This document shows positions 45,301-57,339 of a stretch of DNA of 64,000 nucleotides, one piece after another (position 1 is the stretch's first letter; the number at the start of each line of letters is the position of its first letter). Origin of the DNA: Tubiluchus corallicola (Eukaryota; Animalia; Priapulida); assembly GCA_030141605.1 (NCBI GenBank), contig JAQGDQ010001059.1:2583-66582 (forward strand), read 5' to 3'. Under the pieces are notes generated by a model. The model was not told the origin of the DNA. It ran no database searches and saw only the letters and a program-made list of their open reading frames with translations. The translations under genes and the position numbers were made by a program.

Positions 45301-47831
45301 ATTGGTCACCATCTATTTGTGCGGCGACAACGAGGTGCCATGTTTAGTTAACAACAGGTGTAAGTAATTATAACATTAATGATGAATGTACACTAAATCA
45401 ATATTACAGTCAAACAGTACAACGCCAGGTTTGGGACACCACTGATTATGGCATTATGGCAAGGCTGGTGTTATTTCGGGGGCGACATAACAAGGTCCGA
45501 CTGTATTATATTCTGTACACAGGATACACCTTCACCACAGCATTATATCCAATAAATCACTCCACAGAAGAGAATTTCACATATAAATTACACGAAAAGT
45601 GATACAATACACTACTGGGCAACTTTGCTCGACGATAGCCCGCGTAAATTTGCCAAAATTGAAAAATCAGCCGCGCACGAGAAGCCATTACCAGGAGAGG
45701 TACACTCAGTAAAAAAGAGGTCGATGGACATGGACGGCGAGCCTGCCACGGACAAAGAACCTCATCACAAATGTTTAAATGTCATTTATAAAAAGCTGAA
45801 CTGATTAGAGAGTCTTAGTCGTAGTTGTATCATCAAATAAGACATTAGTATGTCTGTCAGGAGCAATATATCTGCACACATTAAACTGCAGTGCATGTTA
45901 GTGAAATAAGAAATATATGATGCTTTAAAGCACAAGGAAAACCCTCTACTTAAGATAGAGCATAAAAAATTCGTCTCGAAATATTATACCACTTACCCTA
46001 CTACCTTTTCGTACGCGTGGCTTGCATAGGTTGTAAAGTGTATAAAACACGTAAATTTAAACTTTAAATTTAAAGCAAACCTGGATCCATTTAAAACAAA
46101 TATTGACAGGAAACATTCCATTTTTTCAAAAATGACTAACGTGAAAGAAAAATTACCACACAAACACAATTTCACGTTCGCGCCACTTGTTCGTCGCTGT
46201 TACATCCATCGCCATTCACTAGTTAGACGGGCACAAGCACCTGCATTTCGGAAATGTATTACACAAAAAAACAGATGCTGTACCTCTCGGTTCAGATTTG
46301 TTTGCTTGTGACTGACTATGCACATTCGACAGCTCATGCATGAGCACAGCGGTAACTTTGAAATTTGCATTTTTATCTTAAAACTTGCCTAGTTTTAGTA
46401 CAACAGAATGAATCTCTTACAGTAGCACTGTACCTCAATTTTCGCTTTCGCAAACACATGCAACATGCTCGTGGAATACTTTTGCTATTGAAAATTATGT
46501 TAGTTTGTGATGTCATCAATAGCTGGGCTCACAGGCCGTTAATTAAGTTTTTAATCTATTCTTTAATTATTAGAAACGCTTTTGAAGTATCAGTTGTGTT
46601 AAAATGTATACTTTTTATCGTATATGAAAAATCATCCTGTTTTTATTTAACAAAATTTTCACCAATAATAGGTTAGATAATATATCTCCTATTTTTGCAG
46701 CCTAAGCCAGAGCAAAACAGAGTATGGTTCGTTCAAACAAACATTAATAGAGCTACCATTTCTATACAACCTGTAGTTAATGCATATCTTTCAACATATT
46801 TACGGCTGCCTGTACACAGCAACATATATGCAAGCAGCTTCTTTCTCAGAGCCAGAGGGTGCGGGTTGCCGCTATCTGTGTGAAACGTACACTGCCGTTT
46901 GTAAGACCTACTATAACTTTGCATGCACTCACAATGCGGATTAAATGTTCAATAATTTATGTAATAATAATTAGGATTAAATGTTCAATAATTCATGTAA
47001 TAATAATTAGTTTGCTCGTAAAAATTAACAATGTCATGCAACTTAATGCGAAAATGAAATGATATTGCATAATCATGGGGTTCCGTAATTTGAAAGAACA
47101 AAAACCAATTTGAAAAACTTAATTTCCACTGTTTAACATGATAAAATTTAAAGCTTGAACATTTCAGACAACAGTGCAGGGCTTTTGCACACCACGCTGT
47201 GTCCAAAAAAAATTACATCAAATTAATTTAAATTTATTCAATTTAAATGACCATTAATTACCAAGATTCTGTATTGCCCCGAAACTCAACAAATTCATTA
47301 AAAACAGCACTAAATATTGTCTGCAGGCCACTCCTAAAAGCAAAACTTTACTGCCCAATCTTATCTTAAAAAGATTACATGTGACACCTTCCACTGCGAC
47401 AATGGCAATATTGCAATCCATTAATGATTATTCAATGCCATTTTTATGCTAAAAAGCTTTCTTTATTCTCACAGTTATGCGTACATATCATAAATATTAG
47501 AATTAGAAAGAATTAGTGAGTACCGGCAACCTCGCATACTTTAAATATGCATTATTCTAAACAGCACCTGGATTATAAGTAACACTGGCAACACGTCATG
47601 GACGAAGTCGCTTCCTTTCGTGGTCGGACGTACAAGCAACAAAGTTCGGTTAAATTTAGGCAAAATAAGCGAATTTTCACAAAAATAACATGAACACACT
47701 TATCTTGGACGTCTCTGACAAACATACGTCTTACAATGCAAAAAATAAATTTAATAAAACAGCTTCAAAAGCCTTACCAAATATCGGCAAAATTCTTGTT
47801 CTGTCAACGCCATCTTTGTAGGATTCGTTCT
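28035..47831 (-). CDS. ZNF292/RLF/ZNF654-family-like protein (N-terminal helical domain plus a very large disordered tail with AT-hook-like motifs); exons 47831-47778 (tentative), 44594-44445, 42840-42700, 41399-40160, 37809-37694, 36392-28035; about 3350 aa
   Basis: Phase-consistent GT-AG chain. DIKCHDAVQLLYNL / GLIELWCHIQHQVD..HLYHFTDVI / LLLELCIRGL..LARQCALTAFFVSPS..ALY parallel the motifs I recall from vertebrate ZNF292/RLF (VDCKDALEMICNL / WELTLFWSKLQQR / CIELCVKAL..RACQLSEFLIEPT..MLY). Confidence 0.75.
36515..36828. mobile_element. Tigger/pogo-like MITE
   Basis: TA|CAGTCGACCCTCGTTAAACCGGAC...GTCCGGTTTAACGAAGGTTGACTG|TA. Confidence 0.82.
37040..37547 (+). mobile_element. 5S rRNA-headed SINE (SINE3) with RTE-like body and tail, 5'-truncated
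   Basis: 37040-37122 corresponds to 5S nt ~39-120 with boxes A and C and no oligo-T terminator; body ends ...GACAGAAGGATGCCAACA; second copy at 57894-58099. Confidence 0.8.
37694..37809 (-). CDS. Internal exon of the ZNF292/RLF-like gene
   Basis: NAERQQQQQQGWHDILPDDIQRQLAMSIVAARKQHPKK; phase 1 to 0 bridges the neighbouring exons. Confidence 0.8.
38302..38812. repeat. 21-22-bp minisatellite (CTGCTAAGTTATTAACTATRA) lying between two copies of an older duplication of about 250 bp (37987 and 38811)
   Basis: Visible periodicity; AAACATATTAACTA.GATAGTAAACTA.ACTAAATAAA is repeated. Confidence 0.88.
39536..39950. mobile_element. MITE family C (TIR CACTCATATCTCGGTTTG), sharing an internal core with family B
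   Basis: Inverted relative at 56913-57339. Confidence 0.72.
40160..41399 (-). CDS. Exon of the ZNF292/RLF-like gene
   Basis: 404-aa ORF extended to the acceptor; LARQCALTAFFVSPS; AT-hook KRPRGRPRK. Confidence 0.88.
42700..42840 (-). CDS. Exon of the ZNF292/RLF-like gene
   Basis: GLIELWCHIQHQVDGSLEKF...DVIYRR; 141 nt, phase 0/0. Confidence 0.82.
42850..44015. repeat. Intronic tandem array with units of about 113-130 bp (about 9-10 copies; higher-order 367-bp period)
   Basis: Unit ...CAGATGGCAGCAGC(A/T)TAGCTGTGCTAAGAAGGACACCACAACTGCATCAATGTAAAG...; identical ORFs at 43241 and 43608. Confidence 0.93.
44445..44594 (-). CDS. Exon of the ZNF292/RLF-like gene
   Basis: TADIKCHDAVQLLYNLLSE...REPTCCTK; 150 nt, phase 0/0. 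Confidence 0.8.
44773..45167. mobile_element. hAT/Charlie-like MITE family A
   Basis: TSD cattaata/tattaata. Confidence 0.85.
47778..47831 (-). CDS. Tentative upstream exon (RTNPTKMALTEQEFCRYL); may contain the start ATG
   Basis: TTTTCAG| and TTG|GTAAGG, phase 0; AAGATGGCG context. Confidence 0.5.
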
Positions 47832-48835
47832 CTGAAAATTTTTGCAGAGAGCTGCATGCTGCTGCCATCTATAAACCATAAACAACACTATGAGACACTC
47901 CCATGTTACACGTTGACTAAATTTTCCGCTAGATGACACTAAAACATATTTTCTCAATTTGTCGTTTATTAAAGCTTTCGTTAGATGACGCCAATTGACA
48001 GTTAGAAACTACGGCATTATAATATTGCTCTAAATCCATCCCCACACTCTCTCAATCACAGTAAGCAAAAAATAGTCTGTTCTGAAATGCTTTTGTCTGG
48101 CCCCATGACACAGCTGACATATAAAACACCACGTAAAAGAAAATATTATCACAGTCTACGTAGCTAATATATTTTTCATTAAAAAAAATAAATACACTGC
48201 TAGCATTGATGTTTTATTTATTTATTTTTTATTTATTATTATTATGTTGTCAGCAGACTGCAGTTTGCTTTTAAATATAGTTACTGGCGCACCTTCTATT
48301 GGTAGAAGGAGCAAGCATATAACTTGCTCACTTTAAAATTTAGTTACTTACATATATTTAAGAATTTTAGAAAGAATAAAATAATATGTTTGCTTACCTA
48401 CAATATTTAACAAAATTTAAAGAAGTGTGGGATGGCGAAAAACCAAAATGGTGTTCTAGTCTGCATTATCTAAATAGCAAAACTGCCAATCTCTTTCAAC
48501 AAGGTTAATTACATATAAAGTTTTAGTTGTTCACATAGGTCATAGGTGACATTTAAAAGATTAAAGTAATAATATTAGCCAAAAGGACAGATTAATAACT
48601 TTCATGTTTTTTTGAGATTTGGTCATAAGGGCAGAAGAAAACAGTGAATTATTGACAAAAAATTTCTCATTTTTAGGAATACTTTGTGGAGAAGGCAGGG
48701 TCCGTCAGTCTGCTCTCCTTGGTCAAAAATCAGAGAAAGAATATTACTAGATATTAAGAAAAGCAAAATATATGTATATTACGATATTATAATATACAGT
48801 ATAAAATCAATGTGCGTGAGCAAGACAAAATGTAA

Positions 48836-48926
<91 letters not shown>

Positions 48927-48978
48927 TATTATTATTATTATCGTTATCGATATCATTATCAATTATTATTATTATTAC

Positions 48979-49024
<46 letters not shown>
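48836..49024. repeat. (TTA)n microsatellite
   Basis: Direct inspection. Confidence 0.95.
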
Positions 49025-49624
49025 GTACAACTGTGCCTGTCATATTTTAATAAATTTAACTTCAGTCAAAGACTTAATTATAATCAGATTGGGTCTGAGA
49101 ATTGAAAGTAAGACAATCTGAACAAAACTCGGACATGTAGAGCAAAATATACTCATTGTGTTATGTTGTTTGTTTTTTAATATCCTTATTATGTCCATGG
49201 TACAGGTTGTAAATTTGAGCAGTCTAAAGTTTCGTCAATTGTTGCTGACTGTTGTGCTCTGTACATTCTTTTCTCATTAATTGTGAATGATGCCAATGGG
49301 TAATCTGATAATATTAGCTTAACTAAAACCACGGTAACTACAAAGCACAATAAAATTTGTTCTTAAGCTTTTCATTATAAAGATTTTATAAAGACTTTGT
49401 TAGACAATGCCTAAGCATATCATGTGCAAACATTATTCTGGAAAACCTTGGTAGGAAATAAATGAATTAGAAGTTGCAGATGATTTACTTTACTTTACTT
49501 TATACTACTTTTCTTTTCTTTGCTTTGCTTTGCTTTACTTTATTAAAACAGTGATAGAAGCTTTAGATACATATTAAACTATAAACTTATTGCAAGAATT
49601 CTATTTGTAGCACAACTGGCAGTA

Positions 49625-50315
49625 TTATTTTTAGGCATTACTGTCGACAATAAACTCACTTGGGATGAATAGTTTCATTAAATATACAACAAAATGGCTT
49701 TAAGCACGGCATTCTTACACCAAGCCAGAGGCCATTTAACCAAGAAAACAAAAATTCTCATCTACAAAAGTCTAATATTACCACAGTATCTGAATGGTTG
49801 CACTTTGCTTCAAAACGTTAAAAATGAAAACTTTAGAAAACTAAATACAATGCAAAACTACGCACTTAGATTAATTCATGGCTACTCTCACAAAACTTCT
49901 AAACAACATGCTGCCTCTGCAACAAGCTTAAGAACGTCCACAAAAATACCAATATTAGAAGCCTATCGAGATTGCAAAACACTGATATTTCTTTATAAAT
50001 ATATCAATAAACTGGGCATTCAGTTTGTCATTCATTCCCTATACCACTTTAAACAGTAGAATACAGAATTACGATAAATTTGGAAATAACTCTATATCAA
50101 AACAAGCCATACATTTATGGAACTTACTACCCAGTGAAATAAAACAAATAGAATCTCTCCACCAGTTTACAAAGAAATTCAAAGAATATCAATATAACAG
50201 GTTTCAACTTCCAAATTATGCATCTGATACTAATTACACAGACTTAACTTCCATCTACCCCCGCCCTAGACTCCATAAAACGATTGAAAATGAATTTTTA
50301 AGAAAAAGTATGTAA
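49625..50315 (+). mobile_element. Degenerate 3' fragment of a LINE ORF2 related to the adjacent element
   Basis: FLGITVDNKLTWDE*...LIYKSLILPQYLNGCTLL...KQAIHLWNLLP parallels 52460-53150. Confidence 0.82.
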
Positions 50316-50739
50316 TGTAATACGTGTTATGCTAGTTTTGTAATGTCAAATGTAAAAATAGTGTAAATGTAATGAGTGAAATTTATGCAATGTAAAGCAT
50401 GTTTCTGTTAATTGTGTTATGTTAAATGTATATATAGTGCAAGATGTGTACGCAAAATTTAATGTATTTTTTGTAATATTGTTTTGTAAAAATATTTTAA
50501 TATGGTGTTTGTAAATATTTCCATTTATTGTATATAATTAGACCTTAGTTTTGCAAGAAAAAAATATCACAGTTTTCATGTTTCATTTTAAAAATGCCAA
50601 ATTTCTCATTCACCAAATATTTAATGGGAGTCGCAGTGAGATTTGAATTAATCAACATGCTCAGTCATTTACAAATAGTTAAAAAAATAGTTATCTACTT
50701 TTTCAAATAATTAAAGTGAAAATTCCTGTTATAAGCCTC

Positions 50740-53353
50740 AGATTCCTCAGCCACAGTAATCGACCATTTCATTTCGAATAGTAACAATAATTTCGTAGCA
50801 TATGATACTTTCCCGTGTGATTATTCAGATCATCATTTCACAATATTAGTAGATAAAATGACCCCACAGCATAATAATAACCAAAATTCAGTCTGGCATT
50901 TAATGAGAGACTACGCCCAATACAACAAACATTCATACTTAATCGACTTAGCAAAAATGAACTGGACCTCCATATATATGACTGATAAAATAGATACACA
51001 AGTTAATATTCTGACATATAATGTCGAATATTGCCTTAATGTACATGCACCATATAAAAACGTAAAGCAAATCCCACAACAAAGCAAACTCAATAACGAA
51101 AGTACCTGGACAACACCTGAACTTGACAAACTAAGAATAGCGAAAAACAGAATGTATAATATATGGGAAAAGAACAAAACTAAAAACAATCATAACAATT
51201 ATAAAAAAAAAGAGAAATCAATTTAATAATCTTAATAAATGCTTGAAAAATAAACATATACAACAACAATGTAAAAACGCAACAAATACCAAAGAAAAAT
51301 GGAAAATTATTAACAATGTAATAAATAAATGCCGTAACAAACTAACGCGTGTTGACGAAATTAAGATCAACAACACTGTTATTACAAAACCCAAAGATAT
51401 TGCCAACGCGCTAAATGCAATATTCCTGAATCTTGGAAATTTTAAGGGAGTGGCTTCTCATATTAGCAATAATATAATTAATAAATTAAAAAACAAATCG
51501 TCTAACACAGTATTCTCATTCAAAAGCGTCACAGTAGGAGAAATTAATGACATATTAAATAACCTAAGTTCCAACAAAGGGAGTGGACCATCAGATATTC
51601 CTATCAAAATTCTAAAAGATAGCGCATCTGTAATAGCCCCGCATATGACTTACATTGCTAATCAGATAATTATGAGAGGCGAATTTCCAACGGTATGTAA
51701 AATGGCAAACGTGACTCCAATCCATAAAAAAGATCCAAAATGTGATCCCATGAATTATCGCCCAATTTCCGTAATCCATTGTTTCGGCAAAGTTTGGGAA
51801 AGGGTAATTTATGATCAGATAAATTCATATGTAAATAAACATGAACTTTTATCAAAACATCAGTTTGGCTTCCGTAAACACCATTCAACCATTGACGCCC
51901 TAATACGCACAACAGAAAATTGGAGACATAGTTTAGACAACAAGCAATACATTTTAGCAGCATTTTTGGATTTAAGTAAAGCTTTCGATAGCATTAATCA
52001 CGAACTACTTTACGATAATTTAAAACAAATCGGATTAGATTCGATATCGTTAAAACTGATACAAAATTCTCTCAAAGATAGACAACAACGAGTAAAGTTA
52101 GATACAACCAACTTTTCTGACTGGGCCACGTTAAACAGAAATATACCGCAAGGAACACTACTAGGTCCGTTATTATTTTGCCTATATATAAACAACATAT
52201 CCAGTGTATTAAAACACTCACAAATAACGCAATACGCTGATGACACTACAATCTACATAGCCCATGAAAATGTCCAAACTGCAAAAAATTATTTAGAAGA
52301 AGATATAAAAAATATAAATATGGCATTTAGTCATTACAAGCTAAAAATGAATAATGACAAAACAGAATTCACGATACTGTCACCCTCATTAAATACTAAT
52401 GATGCATCATCAACCACTTTGACAATAGATAATGCTGTAATCAAACAAACTAACAATGTTAAATTCCTGGGCATACAAGTAGACAATAATCTTTCATGGG
52501 ATGATCACTTTAATAACATATACACAAAAATGGCATCTAGCACATCATATCTCCGACAAGTTGAAGGGCAACTAACAAAGGAAACTAAAACACTAATATA
52601 TAAAACTTTAGTTCTACCACACTTCTTATATGGATGTACGCTACTTCAAAAAACCAAAAGAGAAAATTACTTAAAATTAAATCTCCTTCAAAACTATGCG
52701 TTGAGATTGATAGCTGGGTACTCATACAAACACAAGGCAGGTAGACAAAAATTCAAAGCTTCAACAACTAACCTGAGAAAAACTTTAAAATTCCCAATCA
52801 TTGAAGCACACAAAGAATATTTTACTCTGCTTTTTATATTTAAATACATTAACAACATCAGCAAACCATTCCAGAATAACAGATTTATCTTTTTTCCAAA
52901 TCCTATCGTTAATTCCAGAACAAGCAATCTAAAACAAATTAGGACAAATACCCACTATGGAACGAACTCTGTAATCAAACAAGCAATTTTACTTTGGAAT
53001 TCTCTACCATTACAGGTTAAACAAATCAAGTCCCTATCAGCATTTAAAACAAAATTAAAATCACTAATATTAACCAGATATGAAATACCATCACACCAGT
53101 ACGACAACATACACACTAATTCCGAATTCATATACCCACGGCCATATTAATTAAATTATAGTTTTTTTTTATATTTTTTTGTGTATAGTTGTAAATATGT
53201 TTGATTTTATTCGTCATTACTGCACAGTAGTTTAGATTGCACTGACGCATTTGCCTTCAGCAGTGTAAGTTTTTATTAACTAACACTGATTGATTATCTC
53301 TATAAAGTTTTTATCAGTGATTATCAATGTTTTTAATGGCAAATAAAGATTAT

Positions 53354-53386
<33 letters not shown>
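50740..53386 (+). mobile_element. 5'-truncated non-LTR retrotransposon (CR1/L2/Crack group): endonuclease C-terminus, RT, 3'UTR and tail
   Basis: IDHF...YSDH endonuclease remnant; frameshift in the A-run near 51210; tail AATAAAGATTATTAT(AT)n. Confidence 0.88.
51243..53150 (+). CDS. LINE reverse transcriptase ORF (635 aa, N-terminally truncated)
   Basis: NYRPIS, QFGFR, FLDLSKAFDSINH, PQGTLLGPLLF, YADD, KFLG motifs. Confidence 0.9.
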   Translation: MKNKHIQQQCKNATNTKEKWKIINNVINKCRNKLTRVDEIKINNTVITKPKDIANALNAIFLNLGNFKGVASHISNNIINKLKNKSSNTVFSFKSVTVGEINDILNNLSSNKGSGPSDIPIKILKDSASVIAPHMTYIANQIIMRGEFPTVCKMANVTPIHKKDPKCDPMNYRPISVIHCFGKVWERVIYDQINSYVNKHELLSKHQFGFRKHHSTIDALIRTTENWRHSLDNKQYILAAFLDLSKAFDSINHELLYDNLKQIGLDSISLKLIQNSLKDRQQRVKLDTTNFSDWATLNRNIPQGTLLGPLLFCLYINNISSVLKHSQITQYADDTTIYIAHENVQTAKNYLEEDIKNINMAFSHYKLKMNNDKTEFTILSPSLNTNDASSTTLTIDNAVIKQTNNVKFLGIQVDNNLSWDDHFNNIYTKMASSTSYLRQVEGQLTKETKTLIYKTLVLPHFLYGCTLLQKTKRENYLKLNLLQNYALRLIAGYSYKHKAGRQKFKASTTNLRKTLKFPIIEAHKEYFTLLFIFKYINNISKPFQNNRFIFFPNPIVNSRTSNLKQIRTNTHYGTNSVIKQAILLWNSLPLQVKQIKSLSAFKTKLKSLILTRYEIPSHQYDNIHTNSEFIYPRPY

Positions 53387-53499
53387 ACTGCCTTGGCTTA
53401 ACTTGACCACAGTATAATTATATTTCGTGTGTACAAAACGTAGAAAGAAACAAAACCTGGAGGTTTGTAAACGGTGCGTTAAAAAATTGCAGAAATCGA

Positions 53500-53590
53500 A
53501 GGATCGCGGTCATAGTTTCGCGGGTTTTTGAATACTGTTTCTTTGAAAATTGTGTTCCGTAGATTGGTCTTCAAAAAGTTATAGGTAAGT
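53500..53590 (+). promoter_or_regulatory. Putative E2F/CDE-CHR cell-cycle promoter and non-coding first exon ending at donor 53584|53585
   Basis: TTTCGCGG (53516-53523) followed by TTTGAA (53527-53532); second TTTGAA at 53542; consensus donor AG|GTAAGT. Confidence 0.55.
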
Positions 53591-54152
53591 TCACCAGGTT
53601 CATGAGTATTTGTGAATTGCAACCGACGAGAACTGGTGTTTTTTCAATGTGGCATGGCCAAAGGTAGTATGCTGCTCCTGGGCTGAACAGTGAAATATTA
53701 CTGTGACAGTTTAGTCGTGTGTGATAAAACGTACTTGCATATGTGTACACCTTGATAGAGACTCAGCATAATATAAAGCCTACTGTAAAGAGACTAGACG
53801 ACGAAAGAATTCACATTAAAATTATATGTCAACGAAAACACAAAAGAAACAGTACTGTTTCTTGTTTAATATGGAAGACATGGGTTTTTTATTTTTGCAT
53901 GCGTTCTTGACATGAATTTAAGTAAAAATCTGTTCTCTTTTTTTTGGTACATACTTTTTTGGTCTCACGTATTTTACATGATTATGATTTCTTATTGTTG
54001 CGGTGGTAAAGCAAGGTTTTGGAACTGGAGTCAGTAAATATCTGGCCACCTGTTTTTGCAGTGACTAGTAGAGGTACAGATCTATACAGTTATTTAAGTT
54101 AACCAATCTCTTGGACCACTTTTTTGTTTCTTTTTTTATAAAATTCAGTATG

Positions 54153-54312
54153 CAGGGATGAGAATTTTCTGCAGATACGCAGAATTCCGAGTTTTTGGAA
54201 GGCCAGTAGTGCCATTTGTGTAAATCGCGTAAATTTGTTGAGAAAATTTTTACGGACCCAAAACCCCCGACCTGTTTCAGAGTTTTTTTGCAATTTGTCA
54301 TTCTCATCCCTG
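54153..54312. mobile_element. Internally deleted MITE family B
   Basis: Both TIRs present; flanks agtatg/agtatg. Confidence 0.85.
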
Positions 54313-54394
54313 AGTATGCTGTGTAGTTTTATGAGCACCTATTTGAAGAGTGTCACATATTATAGGATACTTGCACTGCCGAAGTTTGAGAACC

Positions 54395-55048
54395 ATGTCA
54401 GATGAGGAATTCGAAAGTGTCGTACGGCAATTTCTGCAACATTTGGAACCTGAGAACTCACCTGTGATAAAACAATGTGATTGGTCGCTTGTAAATTCTG
54501 AAAATGAGTACAGACAGCGATTGGACGAATTGGAGGCGCTTAAAAAGGAGAAGGAAAATCTGTCGGAGAAATACGAAGCGTTTCTGGTGAAAAAAACGAG
54601 ACAAGAAGAACTGAGAGAAGAGCAGCAGGAAGGGTTGGACGAGAAAAGGGCAGAATTGGAGACACTGCGAAAGAGAATAACCGAAGTTAAAGAAGAAAAC
54701 AACTTGCTGATTGGCGAACTAAAAAAATGCGAAGAAATGGCGGAGAAAACGAACGAGGCGCTGGCTTGTCTAGATGTCCAGTCCGTGAACCACGTGAGCC
54801 GTGAGTTGGCGCTGTACAAGAAGCTCACACACGTGCGCTGGCACGAAGACCCGGAGCCGGGCAAAGTGAAGGGCGTGGTGAGCGAGAAGACGGACGCGAA
54901 GGTGTTCGACTTGGACAAGAATAAGTATTCTCAGTTTTTTATAACAAACTACGTCTGGAATCTGATGACACCTGCAGACGAGGATGAAACGGATGATTGT
55001 AACAACCTGCATCAGGGCATAGGAAACTTGAATTTAGATACCAACTAA
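54395..55048 (+). CDS. SPC24: Kinetochore protein Spc24 (NDC80 complex), 217 aa, intronless CDS
   Basis: Coiled coil followed by an RWD-like C-terminus ELALYKKLTHVRW.EDPEPGKVKG...FDLD...SQFFITNYVWNLM; ACCATG start. Confidence 0.87.
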   Translation: MSDEEFESVVRQFLQHLEPENSPVIKQCDWSLVNSENEYRQRLDELEALKKEKENLSEKYEAFLVKKTRQEELREEQQEGLDEKRAELETLRKRITEVKEENNLLIGELKKCEEMAEKTNEALACLDVQSVNHVSRELALYKKLTHVRWHEDPEPGKVKGVVSEKTDAKVFDLDKNKYSQFFITNYVWNLMTPADEDETDDCNNLHQGIGNLNLDTN

Positions 55049-55192
55049 ACTTTAGGCCACGTTATAAAAGCTTTATTTATTCACTTTTTTGATATTAACC
55101 GTTGGTTAAACCCTGCAAAGGTAATAAAAAATGTAATTTTGTTACATTCTTGAAAGTTGTATAGAAATATCTTAGCATACATTTGATCATTA

Positions 55193-55894
55193 CAGTGTTC
55201 CCTCGCTACTTTGCGGTTCATTTATTGCGGGTTTTCAAAAATATTAATGCAAAATATTTATCGCGGTATTTTCGCTGTTTCGTGGGTTTTCAAAGTATTT
55301 TTGCACATGCGTAGTACGGTGATGTATAGATTTGATGAATATTGCATAAAAATGAAAAAATGTATAAAAATATATTAGAAATATTAACTCTGATATTAAA
55401 AGAATATTATAAATCATAAAAAAATTATCATTTACATAAATAGTGTATTTATTCGGCGGATGAATACACACCAAAAACGAAATGTAGTACTTGCGCCCGA
55501 AATGTGATGCTACTTGCTGACCTGAGATTGTACACAACGCACGATTGGTTGATTGTGAACATTTAAGTAAAGTTTTTTAAAAGGGACATGTCCAGTATGG
55601 GAAAAGTTATTAAGGGAATGGGAAATTGTAATGTATAAGAGTGTGGGGAGGGTTTATAAAGACACAACACACGATTGGTTGATTGATGGAAAGCTTTTTA
55701 AAAGGTACATGTACAGTATGGGAAAAGTTATTAAGGGAATTGGAAAGGGTTATGTATAAGAGTGTGGGGAGGGTTTATAAAGACTTAAAATAATGTATAA
55801 CTACTAAAATAAGTATAGCGTCCCTACTTCGTGGAAATTCACTTATCACGTGTGGGCCTGGAACGGAACACCCGCGATAAGTGAGGGAACACTG
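55193..55894. mobile_element. Tigger/pogo-like MITE with an internal tandem duplication
   Basis: TA|CAGTGTTCCCTC...GAGGGAACACTG|TA. Confidence 0.82.
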
Positions 55895-56912
55895 TATTCA
55901 AATTTTGTGTTGTATCAGTAAAAGTTATTTTCACTTCAGATTGTTATTTGTGAATGTATTCGCAACGTAGCTGCATTTTGGAATTGTTAATGCATTCTTG
56001 ATGTATTAAAAGTTCTTGGAACATTAAACAAACTTGTAACGCAATAAATGTAATTTAAGATTTCTTCATATTCAGTTTCTGTCTGTGCATGTCATTCAAA
56101 TTGTGTCAATGTTTTAAATTTTTGTATAAAGATAACTAAAAATGGATACATATAAAGTTATGTAGAAACTGTAAAAACAGTCCGTACTTCAGATAAAGTG
56201 TTGTACAAATGTCTTTATCTAAAATCTAGAAGCAACATAGGCTGGAGCATTGTAACACTGTCATTTTTTATTTTATATTACAAGAAGTATACTATGTATT
56301 AACTCAATGCTATGCAAAAAAATTTTTATAGTAGTTTTTTAAATACATCTTGGTGACTATGGAAGTCATAAACCTGTGCTCAGTAACAAGACCTGCTCGT
56401 TGTAGTTGTTTGTGGCAAGACGGCACCTGGCTCATTATTAAGATGAGGCACTGAAACAACAGAGGTGTCCAAGTGGCATTCGGATGTGGATATACACTTC
56501 CTATATTAGGTAAACAATCAGAAAAATATAGCGTATGAAACAGCCCCAAGCAAGTATTGAACCCAGCGATCGCTTAGAAAGATGTAAGACGGCACAGAAA
56601 TTTTATTCATAAAACTTGAACGGAACAGTTAACAATTAACACATTTCATTAACACATTTGCTTTATGTTCGTCCTAGTTAATCTATCTATTAGGAATTAC
56701 ACGAAAACTGAAGACACCATGTGATCTTATATAACTGAGCTGATTATTAACTGATTGTGCAACAATATGAAAATGCAATAAATATATCTATGACCTGTTA
56801 TGGCCAAATATAAAACATCTTCTTTTCATAGAAAAACAGAAAACTCAGAGCATCACATTTTTATATTGTTGTTCGATCAATTAATAATCAGTTCAGTTAT
56901 ATCAGACCACTG

Positions 56913-57339
56913 CACTCATATTTCGGTTTGCCTGACAAAAGCGGTTAGATGTCGGTCTGAGTTTGCCGATTGTCCGTATTTTCTGATACTAAACTAATAC
57001 AGTGGGCGCCGTGCATTAGATTCACTGTAATGTATCATCAATCGTCTAATTGTCTCAAAAAACGTCTAGTACAAGTCGCTCCTGTTCAGAAGTATATAAA
57101 AACTGTCCGCAATTGACTCAAATAACTCCACATAATTGATTCTATATTTTCATTCATAGAGATATACGCGTGGTTACACTGATGTAATGATGTAAACAAA
57201 GTGACATCCCGCCAACTAGTGGTCAGCTTGCGAAATAGCGGACTGTGTCCGTAGTATGCGGGACTTTAATCCAGACCAGATTTTGTCCGAATTTTCCAAT
57301 ATCTGTAGAATCGAGATCAGACAAACCGAGATATGAGTA
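56913..57339. mobile_element. MITE family C
   Basis: TIR CACTCATATTTCGGTTTG...CAAACCGAGATATGAGT. Confidence 0.72.

Noticed and set aside
46733-46924. Extra exon of the ZNF292/RLF-like gene (GNPHPLALRKKLL)
   Set aside because: Faint resemblance to the family's NP...LR..L motif, but I could not find phase-compatible splice sites
48684-49121. Poly-Leu membrane protein ORF
   Set aside because: Translation of the (TTA)n microsatellite
54350-54394. GTG-initiated N-terminal extension of SPC24
   Set aside because: Eukaryotic gene; the ATG at 54395 is in good context
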